Origin: Myxococcota bacterium
Lineage (GTDB): Bacteria; Myxococcota_A; UBA9160; PR03
DNA: 64,000 bases
Reading direction: 5' to 3'
Assembly: GCA_041611735.1 (NCBI GenBank)
Contig: JBFIML010000004.1
Coordinates: forward strand, 32,001-96,000
Made by a program: the position numbers and the translations under genes. Below, in pieces: positions 30,095 to 39,926 of the stretch (position 1 is the first letter of the stretch; each line of letters opens with the position of its first letter). Under the pieces are notes generated by a model. The model did no database searches and was not told where the DNA came from. It saw only the letters and a program-made list of their open reading frames with translations.

Positions 30095-31180
30095 ATGGCC
30101 AAGCTCCGCATCGCGCTGGTCTACGGAGGACGCTCGGTGGAGCACGAGGTGTCGATCGCCTCGGCGCGCTCGATCCTGCGTGCCCTGGACCCCTCGCGCT
30201 ACGAGGTCTGGCTGGTGGGCATCGATCGCGACGGGAGCTGGCGCCTGGGCGCGCCGGGCCACGAGCCCGAGGCGGTGGTGGAGCGCGGACAGACGGTGCT
30301 TCCGCCGGTGGCAGGCGCGCGCGCGCTGCGGACGCCCGGCGAGGCGGGCTCCGTCGTCCCGGTGGATCTCGTCTTCCCCATCGTGCACGGCAGCGGCGGC
30401 GAGGACGGAAGCCTGCAGGGACTGCTGGAGTCGGCGGGCCTGCCCTACGTGGGCTCACGGGTGCTCGGCTCCGCGCTCCAGATGGACAAGGAGGTCTCGA
30501 AGCGGCTGCTGCAGGCGGCGGGCCTGCCCGTGGTGCCCTGGCGGAGCGTGCGCCGCCACGAGCTCCAGACCGCGCCGCGGGAGCTGGCCCTGGGCCTGGC
30601 CGAGGCGCTCGGCCTGCCGCTCTTCGTCAAGCCGGCCAACAGCGGCTCTTCGGTGGGGATCCAGAAGGTCTCGAGCGCGAAGGCCCTGGGGCGCGCCCTG
30701 GCCGAGGCCTCGCGCTACGACACCAAGATCGTGGTGGAGCGCGCCGTGGACGCGCGCGAGATCGAGGTGGCGGTGCTCGGCAACGAGAAGCCCGAGGCCT
30801 CCGTGCCCGGCGAGATCCGCCCGCGCCGCGAGTTCTACGACTACGAGGCCAAGTACGTGGACGAGTCCACGGAGCTGCTGGTGCCGGCGCCGCTGCCGGA
30901 GGCCACCGCGGAGCGGGCCCGGGAGCTGGCCCTCCAGGCCTACCCGGTCCTGGAGGCGGAGGGTCTGGCCCGGGTGGACTTCCTGCTGGACCGCGAACGG
31001 GGCGAGCTCTTCGTGAGCGAGTTGAACAGCCTGCCGGGCTTCACCGAGGTGTCCATGTTCCCGCGTCTCTGGGAGGCGTCGGGGCTCCCCTACCCCCAGC
31101 TCCTGGACCGGCTGATCGAGCTGGCGCTCGAGCGCCACCGCACCCGCACCGCCCTGGAGACCACGTACCGCAGCGACTGA
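30095..31180 (+). CDS. ddl: D-alanine--D-alanine ligase
   Basis: GGRSVEHEVS, HGSGGEDG, MDK, VKPANSGSSVG, FYDYEAKY, RVDF, ELNSLPGFT. Confidence 0.97.
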   Translation: MAKLRIALVYGGRSVEHEVSIASARSILRALDPSRYEVWLVGIDRDGSWRLGAPGHEPEAVVERGQTVLPPVAGARALRTPGEAGSVVPVDLVFPIVHGSGGEDGSLQGLLESAGLPYVGSRVLGSALQMDKEVSKRLLQAAGLPVVPWRSVRRHELQTAPRELALGLAEALGLPLFVKPANSGSSVGIQKVSSAKALGRALAEASRYDTKIVVERAVDAREIEVAVLGNEKPEASVPGEIRPRREFYDYEAKYVDESTELLVPAPLPEATAERARELALQAYPVLEAEGLARVDFLLDRERGELFVSELNSLPGFTEVSMFPRLWEASGLPYPQLLDRLIELALERHRTRTALETTYRSD

Positions 31181-31276
31181 CGGCTCGGGCGTTGGCGGCA
31201 GTCGATGGGAGCTGGCAAGCTCCCGCGCGTGCTCCCCCGGAAGTCGGAGCGGCCGCCTGCTTCTTCTCCGACGACG

Positions 31277-33832
31277 ATGCAGGATCTGCACGCTCCCGAC
31301 GAATCGGTTGCGACCCGGCTGCCGCGTCTCGCGCTCACCCTCTACGGGTTGGCATTCTTCTCCGGGGCCGCCGCGCTGGCCTATCAAGTCACGTGGGCCC
31401 GGATCCTCTCCCTCACGTTCGGCAGCAGCACCCTCGCGACGAGCGCAGTGGTGGGCGGATTCCTGGGGGGCATGGGCGTGGGGGCGTGGAGCTATCACCT
31501 GGTCCAGGAGCGCGTCGGTGCTCCGCTGCGCGTCTACGCGCTCATCGAGTTCGGCATCGCGGCCACGACCGCCGCCTTGACCGCATGCTTCTGGCTGCTC
31601 CCCAGTGTCTTCGCTTCGGTGGCTTCCGCGATCCCCGCTGGGCTGCTCATGGATTTCTTCCGGGTGACCTCCGTCGTGGCGCTGCTACTCGTTCCCGCCG
31701 CCTTGATGGGAGCCACGTACCCGGCACTCTGCGCATCGCTCATCGCCACTCGCGAAGGCGTCGATCGGCACCTCGGCATGATCTACGGGGTCAATACACT
31801 CGGCGCCGCCATCGGCGCGCTCGTGGCGGGCCTGCTCCTCATCCCCGCGGTCGGGTCGGCGGCAACGGTGGCGACCGGAAACTCCCTGAACGTGTGCGTC
31901 GGCGCCGTGGCATTCCTGCTGTCCCGTCGCCTCGCGGGGGGTCGCCCCGCAAGGTCCTCCCTGCCGGCGGAAACCGCGATCCCGACCGAACTCTCCTACC
32001 GCCTGACCGGGACCGTGATCCTGCTCTCCGGCTTCGCCACCCTCAGCTACGAAATCCTCTGGTTTCGAGCGCTTCGCTACCTGGTGGGCAACAGCACCTT
32101 CGCGCTCACCATCATCCTCGTGGTCTTCCTGTTGGGGCTCGGCTTCGGGGCTCTGCCGCTGCGCCGGGTCGTCGCCCGCGGCCGGCCCGAACTCGACCTG
32201 GCCCGCTGCCAGCTGGGCATCGCGGTGCTGGCGGCACTCGGCATCGGCGCCACCAGCCTGCTCGCCTCGTCGCCCGAGCTGAGCCAGGCCATCAGCGTGT
32301 TCTCTCCCGCGGTCCAATCGCTGTCCTGGTGGTCGCGGCTCGCGATCCATGGAGGGCTGGCGCTGGTCCTGATGTTGCCCGCCACGTTGTTGATGGGCCT
32401 CTCGTTTCCGCTGGCGAGCCGCCTGTTCCTGGGCGACGCCCGCCTGGTCGGGAGGCGCGTCGGCAGCGCCTACCTGCTCGCCAACGTCGGCAGCATCCTG
32501 GGGGCGGTTTCGGCCGCGATGCTGCTCCTGCCACGCCTGGGCACGGTCGGAGGCACGCGCGCCGTCGTCGCCCTCAACTTCCTGCTGGGTGTAGCCGTGC
32601 TGGCGGAGCTTCGCCTCCCGGCTGCGCGACCGTGGCGCAGCGTTGGGCTCGCCCTGGCGCTGATGGTGACGAGCACCGTGATCTTCCCGGAACGGATCCG
32701 GTTCCCGGTCGAGGTGGAGATCGAGTTCGAGGAAGAGAACGACCTGGGCACCGTCCAGGTGATGCGCGATCCGCGCCAGCAACGGCTGAAGGCCATGGCC
32801 ATCGATGGCACGATCATCGGCGTGAGCCGCGGCTGGCACCCTTCGATCTACAGCAAGCAGGTCCTGATCGCTCACCTGCCCATGGCCCTCGACGAACGGC
32901 TGCGCAACGTGGTGCAGATCGGGCTGGGCTCGGGTGGGACACTGGATGCCCTGACGAGCTACGCGGCGCTCGAGCGCATCGACGCCGTCGAGATCAACCC
33001 GGCCGTCCTGCGCGGCAGCCGTTTGTTCGACGAGTCCCGGGCCGAAGCGGATCCCCGGGTACGGGTCGTCGTGGAGGACGCGATCCATTTCTTGCTGGGC
33101 AATCGGCATGCCTACGACCTCATCATCTCGGACGGCAAACAGAATGCCGATTTCTCGGGCAACTCGAAGCTGTTGAGTCGTGAGTTCTACCGGCTGGCGC
33201 TGTCCCGTTTGAGCGACCGCGGGCTCTTCGTGCAGTGGCTGCCCGCCGACACGCTGCACTCCGACTTTCGAATCATCCTGCGGACCGCTGCCGATGTCTT
33301 TCCCGAGCTGGAGGTATTCGTCGATCTTCCGGCGTCCGTCGTCGTGGTGGGGGCACGGCAACCGCTGGCGGGTCGTCCCCTGCGGTCCGCGGCGGGGTTC
33401 GCGCGGCTACGGGCGGCGCGGGATCTCGCTCCCTTCGGCATCCCGGACCTGGAGCAGCTGTTGCTGCGCTGGACGGCCAGCCGCCATGCGGTCCTGGCGG
33501 CCGTGGGACCGGGTCCCCTCAGCACCTGGAATCACTCGTCGGTCGAGTTCGGCGCGTACCGGGCGGACATCGAGGACCTGGGTCGCGCGACAGGCCGCAA
33601 CCTCTCGCTCCTGATCGAAGCCCATGACCGCCACCGCTCCGGGGAGGTTCCTGGCTTCGGAACGTTCGACGCCGCCACGCAGGAGGCTCACGATCTGGTG
33701 CGACGCGCCTACCTGAGCCTCTTCGAGCGCAACGCGTCGGAAGCCGAGCACCTGGTCCGCGCCGCCCTGGCCGTCCGCCCGGACGACCCGATGGCGAAGC
33801 GTGCCCTGGCGCTCTTCAGGACCCTGCGCTGA
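31277..33832 (+). CDS. Fused MFS-like membrane domain/spermidine-synthase-like SAM-binding protein (copy 1)
   Basis: FFSGAAALAYQVTWARIL, YGVNTLGA, duplicated TM half, IGLGSG, VEINP, EDA, SREFY, GLFVQW. Confidence 0.9.
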   Translation: MQDLHAPDESVATRLPRLALTLYGLAFFSGAAALAYQVTWARILSLTFGSSTLATSAVVGGFLGGMGVGAWSYHLVQERVGAPLRVYALIEFGIAATTAALTACFWLLPSVFASVASAIPAGLLMDFFRVTSVVALLLVPAALMGATYPALCASLIATREGVDRHLGMIYGVNTLGAAIGALVAGLLLIPAVGSAATVATGNSLNVCVGAVAFLLSRRLAGGRPARSSLPAETAIPTELSYRLTGTVILLSGFATLSYEILWFRALRYLVGNSTFALTIILVVFLLGLGFGALPLRRVVARGRPELDLARCQLGIAVLAALGIGATSLLASSPELSQAISVFSPAVQSLSWWSRLAIHGGLALVLMLPATLLMGLSFPLASRLFLGDARLVGRRVGSAYLLANVGSILGAVSAAMLLLPRLGTVGGTRAVVALNFLLGVAVLAELRLPAARPWRSVGLALALMVTSTVIFPERIRFPVEVEIEFEEENDLGTVQVMRDPRQQRLKAMAIDGTIIGVSRGWHPSIYSKQVLIAHLPMALDERLRNVVQIGLGSGGTLDALTSYAALERIDAVEINPAVLRGSRLFDESRAEADPRVRVVVEDAIHFLLGNRHAYDLIISDGKQNADFSGNSKLLSREFYRLALSRLSDRGLFVQWLPADTLHSDFRIILRTAADVFPELEVFVDLPASVVVVGARQPLAGRPLRSAAGFARLRAARDLAPFGIPDLEQLLLRWTASRHAVLAAVGPGPLSTWNHSSVEFGAYRADIEDLGRATGRNLSLLIEAHDRHRSGEVPGFGTFDAATQEAHDLVRRAYLSLFERNASEAEHLVRAALAVRPDDPMAKRALALFRTLR

Positions 33833-36800
33833 GACCGGCAAGACGTTTGCGCAGGCGCGCGCGATCCGACGTGGCCGACCCGGACAGCGAGAGCGCGTCC
33901 AGGACCCGGACGATCTCGCGCGCCAGGGGCGAGTTCGGGGGGGCGGCCTGCGCGGCCTCGGCCAGGTTCGAGAGGGCCGCCACCGGAAATCCGGCGCACG
34001 CAGCGGCCCGGGCGCGCACGATCAGGTCCGGCACCGTGACCCAGACGCCCAGGCCGCGATCCACCACATCGAGGGCCTCGGCGCAGCGCGGCGCGTCGCC
34101 GCCCTCCACCCGCCAGCGCACCCGCAGCCGCGCCGCCGCCGGCTGGAGCGGATGACGGGGCGCGACGGCGCCCAGGCCATCGTCCAGCTCGCGCAGCCCC
34201 GGCCAGTCCCGGGCGGCCTCCCGCAGCCAGCCCTCCGCAACCGCGCGGCCCGCCGGGTCGAGCTCCCGCGCCCGGGAGCGGGCCGTGGGATCCCCGGCCC
34301 GGAGCGCGGCGCGCTGGGCCTCGAGCCAGCCGGCGCGCGCGTCGAGGGAGGCGGGGTCGCTCTCCAGGGCGCGCTCGAAGGCGCGCCGGGCCGGACCGGA
34401 ACGTCCCAGGGCGAGGGCCAGGAAGCCCCGCGCCGTCTCGCGCACGGCGGCGTCCGCCGTGGTCTCCATCAGCCGCTTGGCGCGGTCCGCCATGAGCTGC
34501 GCCACCAGGCGCCGCACCAGGTAGACGCGGTCCCCGGGCACTTCCTTCGCGAGCAGGGGATCGGAGTCCGCCAGCAGGCGCAGCAGTCCCTGCCGGGCCC
34601 GCGCATCGTGCATGAGCCGCGGGGAACGCATGGCCAGCTGGTTGTGATCGTCCGTGTTGAGGGGCGCGCCGGCGGCGAGGGTGCGCGTCGCGGCGCCATC
34701 CAGCACCAGGGCGGCGGCGGCGTCCTCGGGCACGCGCACGCCGAGCAGGGCCCACTCCTGGGGCGCCGACGCCACCACGCGCGGGATGCGCGCCTCCACC
34801 TCCAGGGGCTGATCCGAGGCGGCAAACAGGATCGCGGGCAGCATGGGCCGGTAGACCCGCACGTCCGCGAAGACGGCATGAAGCGTGGCCAGCAGGGAGC
34901 GCAGCAGGGCGTCGTCCAGGAACGAGAGGGCAATCCACTGCACGAAGACACCGTCCGGCTCGAGGCGGCGCTTTGCCAGCTCGAAGAACTCCCGCGTGTA
35001 GAGGTGGGCCGCTCCCGCCGTCCAGGGGTGGGACGGCTGGGAGACGATGGCGTCGTAGCGGCGCTCGGTCAGGAGCAGCGAGCCGCGCGCGTCGTTCACC
35101 GTGACCCGCACGCGCGGATCCGCCAGGGGATCGAGCATCCGCTCGGCGGCGATCACCCGGTTCGCCTCCACCACCTCGGGCTCGAGCTCGATCACGTCGA
35201 TGCGCTCGTACCGGGAGGGGAGGGCCTCCACCGCCTGGCCGCCCCCGAGCCCGATCACCAGCATGGAGCGCGCGTCCGGTCGCGCCATCAGCGGAAGGGC
35301 CCCGAGCCAGGCGGTGATCAGGAAGCGGGCGGGGCGGCCGCCGCGGGGCTGGATGGACGCCTCCGGGAGCCCGTTGGTGCGCAGCTCCCACTCGCCGTTC
35401 TCCTGGAGCAGCAGCACCGTGGCCGCCCGGCCCACAGCCAGGTAGGCGATCTCTCCGCTGCTCGGCGTCGGGTAGAAGGGCGACGAGCGCAGCAGGCGCC
35501 AGGGCGAGGTCGGCGGGGCCAGAACGAGCACCAGGAAGCCGCCGGCCACGGCCACCAGGGCGCGCCGGGGCAGCGGCCGCGCCAGGCCCAGGGCACCGAG
35601 GGCCAGCAGCAGGTTCGTGGCCATGCCCGCGCGCACGGTGCCCGCGTAGCCGAGCGCCGGGATCACCAGGAACCCGGCGGCGATCGAGCCGACGATGGCG
35701 CCCAGGGTGTTCCAGGCGTAGGCGCGGGCGCTCACCGGTCCGGCGTCCGCCTCGCTGCGCGCCAGCACGCGCACCACCAGGGGAAAGGTGGCCCCGATGC
35801 CGAGGGCGGCGGGCAGCAGCATCGCCGCGGCCAGCACCACGTCGCCGCCGAACGAAGCCGACACACCGGTGGAGCCCAGGCGCGCGGCCAGGGCGGGCAA
35901 TCGGTCCAGGCTCGCGAAGGCGGCGTAGGTGCACGCGGCAATCACTCCCTGGGCCGCCGCGAAGCCCAGCAGCGAGCCCTCCCGGGTGCGGGCGAAGCGG
36001 GACGCCACGGCGCTGCCCAGGGCGATGCCGGCCAGGAAGCTGGCCAGCATGGTGGCGAAAGCGTAGACGCTCCCCCCCAGCAGGTGGCCCAGGAGTCGGG
36101 TCCAGAGCACCTCGTAGGTGAAGGAGAGCACGCCGGACACGAAGAGGAGTGCGAGCAGCCAGCGGGTGCGGTCGCCTCCCCGGCGGAGCCCGGCTCGCGG
36201 GCCGGCCGAGACGACCGGTCGCGGCGGAAAGGCGCGGGCCAGGAGCGCCGCCACCCCGAAGACTGCCGCGTTGGTGGCGACGCCCACGAAGATGGTGTGT
36301 CGCAGGCCCAGGGCGGGCAGCAGCACGAAGGCGGCGGTCACCGTGCCCGCCACGGCCCCGATCGTGTTGGTGGCGTAGAGCTGACCGACCCGGCGCCCGA
36401 CCTCCGCGTCGCTGCGCACGGCGTGGCGCGCCAGGAGCGGAAGCGTGGCGCCCATCAGCGCCGTCGGTACCAGCAGGATCCCGAAGGAGGCCGCCAGGTA
36501 GAAGAGGGTCGTGGCGAGGCCCCCCTGGGCCGGCGGATCGGGGCGTCCCCCGAAGCCGAGCACGAGGAGCGACGTGGAGCCGTCGATGGCCCAGGGAACG
36601 GCCAGGGCCGCCGCGGCGATGCCGAGCTCGAGCAGCGCGTAGGCCAGCACCGGACGGGAGATGCGCGACACGAAGCGCCCCGCCACCCCCGCACCGAGGG
36701 CGAGCCCGCTCATGTACGCGGCCAGCACGGTGGCCACGGCCAGGTCCGACGTGCCGAACACGAAGGCGAACTCGCGGGTCCAGGCGGTCTCGTAGAGGAG

Positions 36801-36899
36801 CGCCGCGAAGCCCGACAGGAAGAAGCAGACGAGGACGCCCGCGTAGCCGAGCCGCGACGTCAAGGGCTTCCTCCCGGGGGGTGTGAGGCGGGACGGCAT
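33816..36899 (-). CDS. Fused MFS-like/spermidine-synthase-like protein (copy 2) with C-terminal TPR-like region
   Basis: FFLSGFAALLYETAWTR, YATNTIGA, TNGLPEA, IGLGGG, IELEP, NDAR, SQPSHPW, LYTREFF, GVFVQW. Confidence 0.9.
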   Translation of the reverse strand: MPSRLTPPGRKPLTSRLGYAGVLVCFFLSGFAALLYETAWTREFAFVFGTSDLAVATVLAAYMSGLALGAGVAGRFVSRISRPVLAYALLELGIAAAALAVPWAIDGSTSLLVLGFGGRPDPPAQGGLATTLFYLAASFGILLVPTALMGATLPLLARHAVRSDAEVGRRVGQLYATNTIGAVAGTVTAAFVLLPALGLRHTIFVGVATNAAVFGVAALLARAFPPRPVVSAGPRAGLRRGGDRTRWLLALLFVSGVLSFTYEVLWTRLLGHLLGGSVYAFATMLASFLAGIALGSAVASRFARTREGSLLGFAAAQGVIAACTYAAFASLDRLPALAARLGSTGVSASFGGDVVLAAAMLLPAALGIGATFPLVVRVLARSEADAGPVSARAYAWNTLGAIVGSIAAGFLVIPALGYAGTVRAGMATNLLLALGALGLARPLPRRALVAVAGGFLVLVLAPPTSPWRLLRSSPFYPTPSSGEIAYLAVGRAATVLLLQENGEWELRTNGLPEASIQPRGGRPARFLITAWLGALPLMARPDARSMLVIGLGGGQAVEALPSRYERIDVIELEPEVVEANRVIAAERMLDPLADPRVRVTVNDARGSLLLTERRYDAIVSQPSHPWTAGAAHLYTREFFELAKRRLEPDGVFVQWIALSFLDDALLRSLLATLHAVFADVRVYRPMLPAILFAASDQPLEVEARIPRVVASAPQEWALLGVRVPEDAAAALVLDGAATRTLAAGAPLNTDDHNQLAMRSPRLMHDARARQGLLRLLADSDPLLAKEVPGDRVYLVRRLVAQLMADRAKRLMETTADAAVRETARGFLALALGRSGPARRAFERALESDPASLDARAGWLEAQRAALRAGDPTARSRARELDPAGRAVAEGWLREAARDWPGLRELDDGLGAVAPRHPLQPAAARLRVRWRVEGGDAPRCAEALDVVDRGLGVWVTVPDLIVRARAAACAGFPVAALSNLAEAAQAAPPNSPLAREIVRVLDALSLSGSATSDRARLRKRLAGLSAGS

Positions 36900-37795
36900 A
36901 GCGAAGCCTGCTCTCCGGCGCCTCCGGCGCGCCGCAGCGGACCGCCTGCTGCGCCTCCTCGCGCTCGTTTTCGCGCGGACACGTGCAGGCCCCACGAGGG
37001 CAGGCGGCCCAGGAGCCGCGCCTCGAGCCACAGCAGCCGGTCCACGGCCCGGATCGCCAGGGCGGCGGCCGAGCCCGCCGCCACCGGGTCCGACGCCCCG
37101 GCCACCAGGTCCCCGGTGGTGCGCGGCGCCGACCCCGCCATGCGTGCGGCGGCCAGAGCGAGGAAGACGCCCACGTCGGCCAGGTTTCCGATCACGTGCA
37201 GGCTGTGACGCACGCGCAGGATCTCGAACCCCTGCGCCTCGAGCAGGGCGAGGACCTGCCGGCGCCGGAAGTGCTGGACGTGCCCGGCCAGACGGCGCTT
37301 GAGCCCGCGCGGCCCGCCCTGGCCCGGAAGCCAGCGCCACAGGCTCGTCGGGTCGCCCTCGCAGGGCACGTGCAGGTGCAGCACGCCGTCCTGGGCGAGA
37401 ACGCGCCGCAACTCCGCCAGGATCCGCCCGGGGTCCGGCACGTGCTCGAGCACGTCGAGGCCGAGCACCGCGTCGAACTCGGCGTCGGCGGCGGGCAAGG
37501 CCGCGCCCGGCGAGGCGACGGCGCGCAGCTCGAGGCCGGGCGAGGCTGCGGCGGCCCGCGCGAGCGCCGCCTGGCTCAGGTCGACGCCGCACAGCTGCAG
37601 ACCGGGGCGGGCCCGGGCGACACCGCGCAGGAAACGGCCCGCCCCGCATCCCACCTCGAGCACGCGACCGCGCTCCGGCAGGAAGCGCAGCGCCTCCGCC
37701 AGGCGGAAGCCCGCGATGGTGCGCTCACCGGGGCGGACCGTCTCCAGGCCCCAGATCGCCCCCTCGTAGTCGAAGACCTCCGCCTCCCGGCTCAA
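36860..37795 (-). CDS. Class I SAM-dependent methyltransferase
   Basis: VLEVGCGAG, GVDLS, FDAVLGLDVLEHVPDP, HVQHF; TTGA coupling to upstream gene. Confidence 0.88.
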   Translation of the reverse strand: MSREAEVFDYEGAIWGLETVRPGERTIAGFRLAEALRFLPERGRVLEVGCGAGRFLRGVARARPGLQLCGVDLSQAALARAAAASPGLELRAVASPGAALPAADAEFDAVLGLDVLEHVPDPGRILAELRRVLAQDGVLHLHVPCEGDPTSLWRWLPGQGGPRGLKRRLAGHVQHFRRRQVLALLEAQGFEILRVRHSLHVIGNLADVGVFLALAAARMAGSAPRTTGDLVAGASDPVAAGSAAALAIRAVDRLLWLEARLLGRLPSWGLHVSARKRARGGAAGGPLRRAGGAGEQASLCRPASHPPGGSP

Positions 37796-39843
37796 AGCCT
37801 GCCGCCCTCCCCCCGGCGGCGCAGGATGCGGACCGAGCCGAGCTGCGTCTCGAGCACGTAGTGGGATTCGAGCCAGGCGAACACGGGCCGTCCCAGCACC
37901 ACCTCGTCGGGGATCTCGTCCACGCGCACGAAGTCGTCGTCCCACACCACGAAGCGCGGCGGCTTGCGTTTCAGGTCCCGGAGCACCTCGGCGCGCTGGG
38001 CCTCGGTGACGATCTGGTGGGAGAGCAGGAAGCGGATCGGGCTGGGCCGTTGGGTCAGGTAGTGGTAGGCGGCGTTGTTGGGCAGGAACAGCACGGGATC
38101 CGAGGGCTCCGTGTGGGCCACCACCCAGCGCTGCACGCGTCGCACATTGGAATCTCCGGGGGGCCGGATCTGGTTCTTCGCGATCAAGGTGAAGTTGCGG
38201 GCGGCACGGCGGAAGGAGTGGACGGCGTCGGCTCCGAGGAAGCCGAGGCCGCCCACCAGCAGGAGCCCCACCAGTACGGCCAGCCGCCAAGCCGCCAGGG
38301 CCCGCAGCGGTCGCGCGGCCAGGAGCGGGAGGCTCCGATCGAGCGCGACCACCAGCAACATCGCGGGTACCGCGAAGCCCGTGACGATGTGGTTCAAGTC
38401 GCTGCGACCCAGGGCCGTACGGAAGGCGAGAAGTCCGAACAGGGCCACCAGCGCCACCATGAAGCGCTGGGGATGCGTGGCCAGGTCGGCCCGCAGGGCG
38501 GCCAACGAGGCCAGCGGGCGTCGGGGATCGAGGCAGACAACGCGCAGCGCGACGAGCAGTGCGCCCACGCACACCCCCGGACCCAGATAGCCCAGGCGGA
38601 GCATCAGAGACGACGTGGAGTCCCCCAGCGGCGCAGCGAGGGGCAGCTGTCCCACCAGGGAGGGAAACGGCAGGTTGCCGTAGCCCGCCATCAGATAGCT
38701 CGGATAGGCCACCAGATCGCGCAGCATGGGGGCGAGCGCGCCCTGGACGGCGTAGTAGGCGAGCAGCGGCGTCGTGACCGCGGCCACCGCCGTCGCGAAG
38801 GCGAGTGCACCCCGGGCATCGAGGCGCACCGCCAGCGCCAGGCCCGCCACCAGCAGCAGGCAGAGCCCGTACTCCTGGCTGTAGAGGAGCGCGACGCCAC
38901 CCAGGGCGCCGGCCACCGCGTAACCGAGCGTCCCGCCCCCGGCGAGGCCCGCATGGAGCGCCCGCAGGCCGAAGAGTGCCAGGCCGAGGCGGAGATTCAG
39001 GGACGACCCCCACACCAGGAACGGCAGCAGCAGGACGACCGCCGTGCGGCGCACCAGCGCCGCCGCCAGGAGCATCAGCGCGAACAGGGCCGCGGCGAAC
39101 GAGAGTCGGTCGTAGAGATTCCAGACGGCGATCGACCGACCCAGAAGCTCCCACAGGCCCACCAGCGCCCAGTCGTACAGTGGACCGTAGAGACAGAAGA
39201 AATCGCGTCCGTGCAGCTCGCCGCGCCCGAGCCCCAGGGCCCAGGCCAGGTGCTGGCCCGACTCGGCGAAGAAGGCCCAGGTGCCGACGACGAGACGGTC
39301 GTCGGAGACCCCCGCGATCACCTGCGCGATCACCAGCGGTAAGGCCGGCGTGCGCAGCATCGCGATGGTGAGCAGGACGAGAATCCAGACCCCCAGCCGG
39401 CGGCGCACGGGCGTCGGGTCGTCTGCTGCCGTGGGCAGGGGTGCGGGCGCTACACGGAGCCCGAGCATCGCAGCGCCGGCCCCGAAGGCCGCGAGGGCCA
39501 GCGCCGCCAGGACGGTCGGAAGCGCGAGTGCTGCCACCAGGGTGGCGGCGCCGGCGACCTCCAGCACCAGGCCCGCACGCGGTGTCCAGGGGATGCGCAC
39601 GAGCCAGCGCGCCAGTCCCCAGGTGACTAGCGCAGCGCTCACCCCGGCGAACACGAACCAGAAGATCTCCTGCTCGACCGGATAGCCGGCCTGGGTGGTG
39701 CGACTCACGATCCCGAGCGCGTTCGGGTGGTACTCGAAGCGGATGGGCAGCGTGCGGGCGAGCAGCACAGTGGCGGCGGCGGCGGCCGGCAGGGCGGGCA
39801 GGATCGCCTGGGTCGCAGGGTCCGGCGGGGGGCGCGTCGCCAT
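37792..39843 (-). CDS. Polytopic membrane protein, putative GT-C glycosyltransferase
   Basis: More than 12 TM segments; ESGQH..LHGRDFFCLYGPLY loop; C-terminal soluble domain (VLFLPNNAAYHYLTQRPSP, PRFVVW) typical of ArnT/GT-C-like proteins. Confidence 0.6.
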   Translation of the reverse strand: MATRPPPDPATQAILPALPAAAAATVLLARTLPIRFEYHPNALGIVSRTTQAGYPVEQEIFWFVFAGVSAALVTWGLARWLVRIPWTPRAGLVLEVAGAATLVAALALPTVLAALALAAFGAGAAMLGLRVAPAPLPTAADDPTPVRRRLGVWILVLLTIAMLRTPALPLVIAQVIAGVSDDRLVVGTWAFFAESGQHLAWALGLGRGELHGRDFFCLYGPLYDWALVGLWELLGRSIAVWNLYDRLSFAAALFALMLLAAALVRRTAVVLLLPFLVWGSSLNLRLGLALFGLRALHAGLAGGGTLGYAVAGALGGVALLYSQEYGLCLLLVAGLALAVRLDARGALAFATAVAAVTTPLLAYYAVQGALAPMLRDLVAYPSYLMAGYGNLPFPSLVGQLPLAAPLGDSTSSLMLRLGYLGPGVCVGALLVALRVVCLDPRRPLASLAALRADLATHPQRFMVALVALFGLLAFRTALGRSDLNHIVTGFAVPAMLLVVALDRSLPLLAARPLRALAAWRLAVLVGLLLVGGLGFLGADAVHSFRRAARNFTLIAKNQIRPPGDSNVRRVQRWVVAHTEPSDPVLFLPNNAAYHYLTQRPSPIRFLLSHQIVTEAQRAEVLRDLKRKPPRFVVWDDDFVRVDEIPDEVVLGRPVFAWLESHYVLETQLGSVRILRRRGEGGRL

Positions 39844-39926
39844 GGCAGGGAAGGATGTCCGCTGGGAGAAGGGGCGTCCACCGGCCTTGCGGCGCAGTCT
39901 GCGGCGGGTGCTGGTAGAATCGCGGA

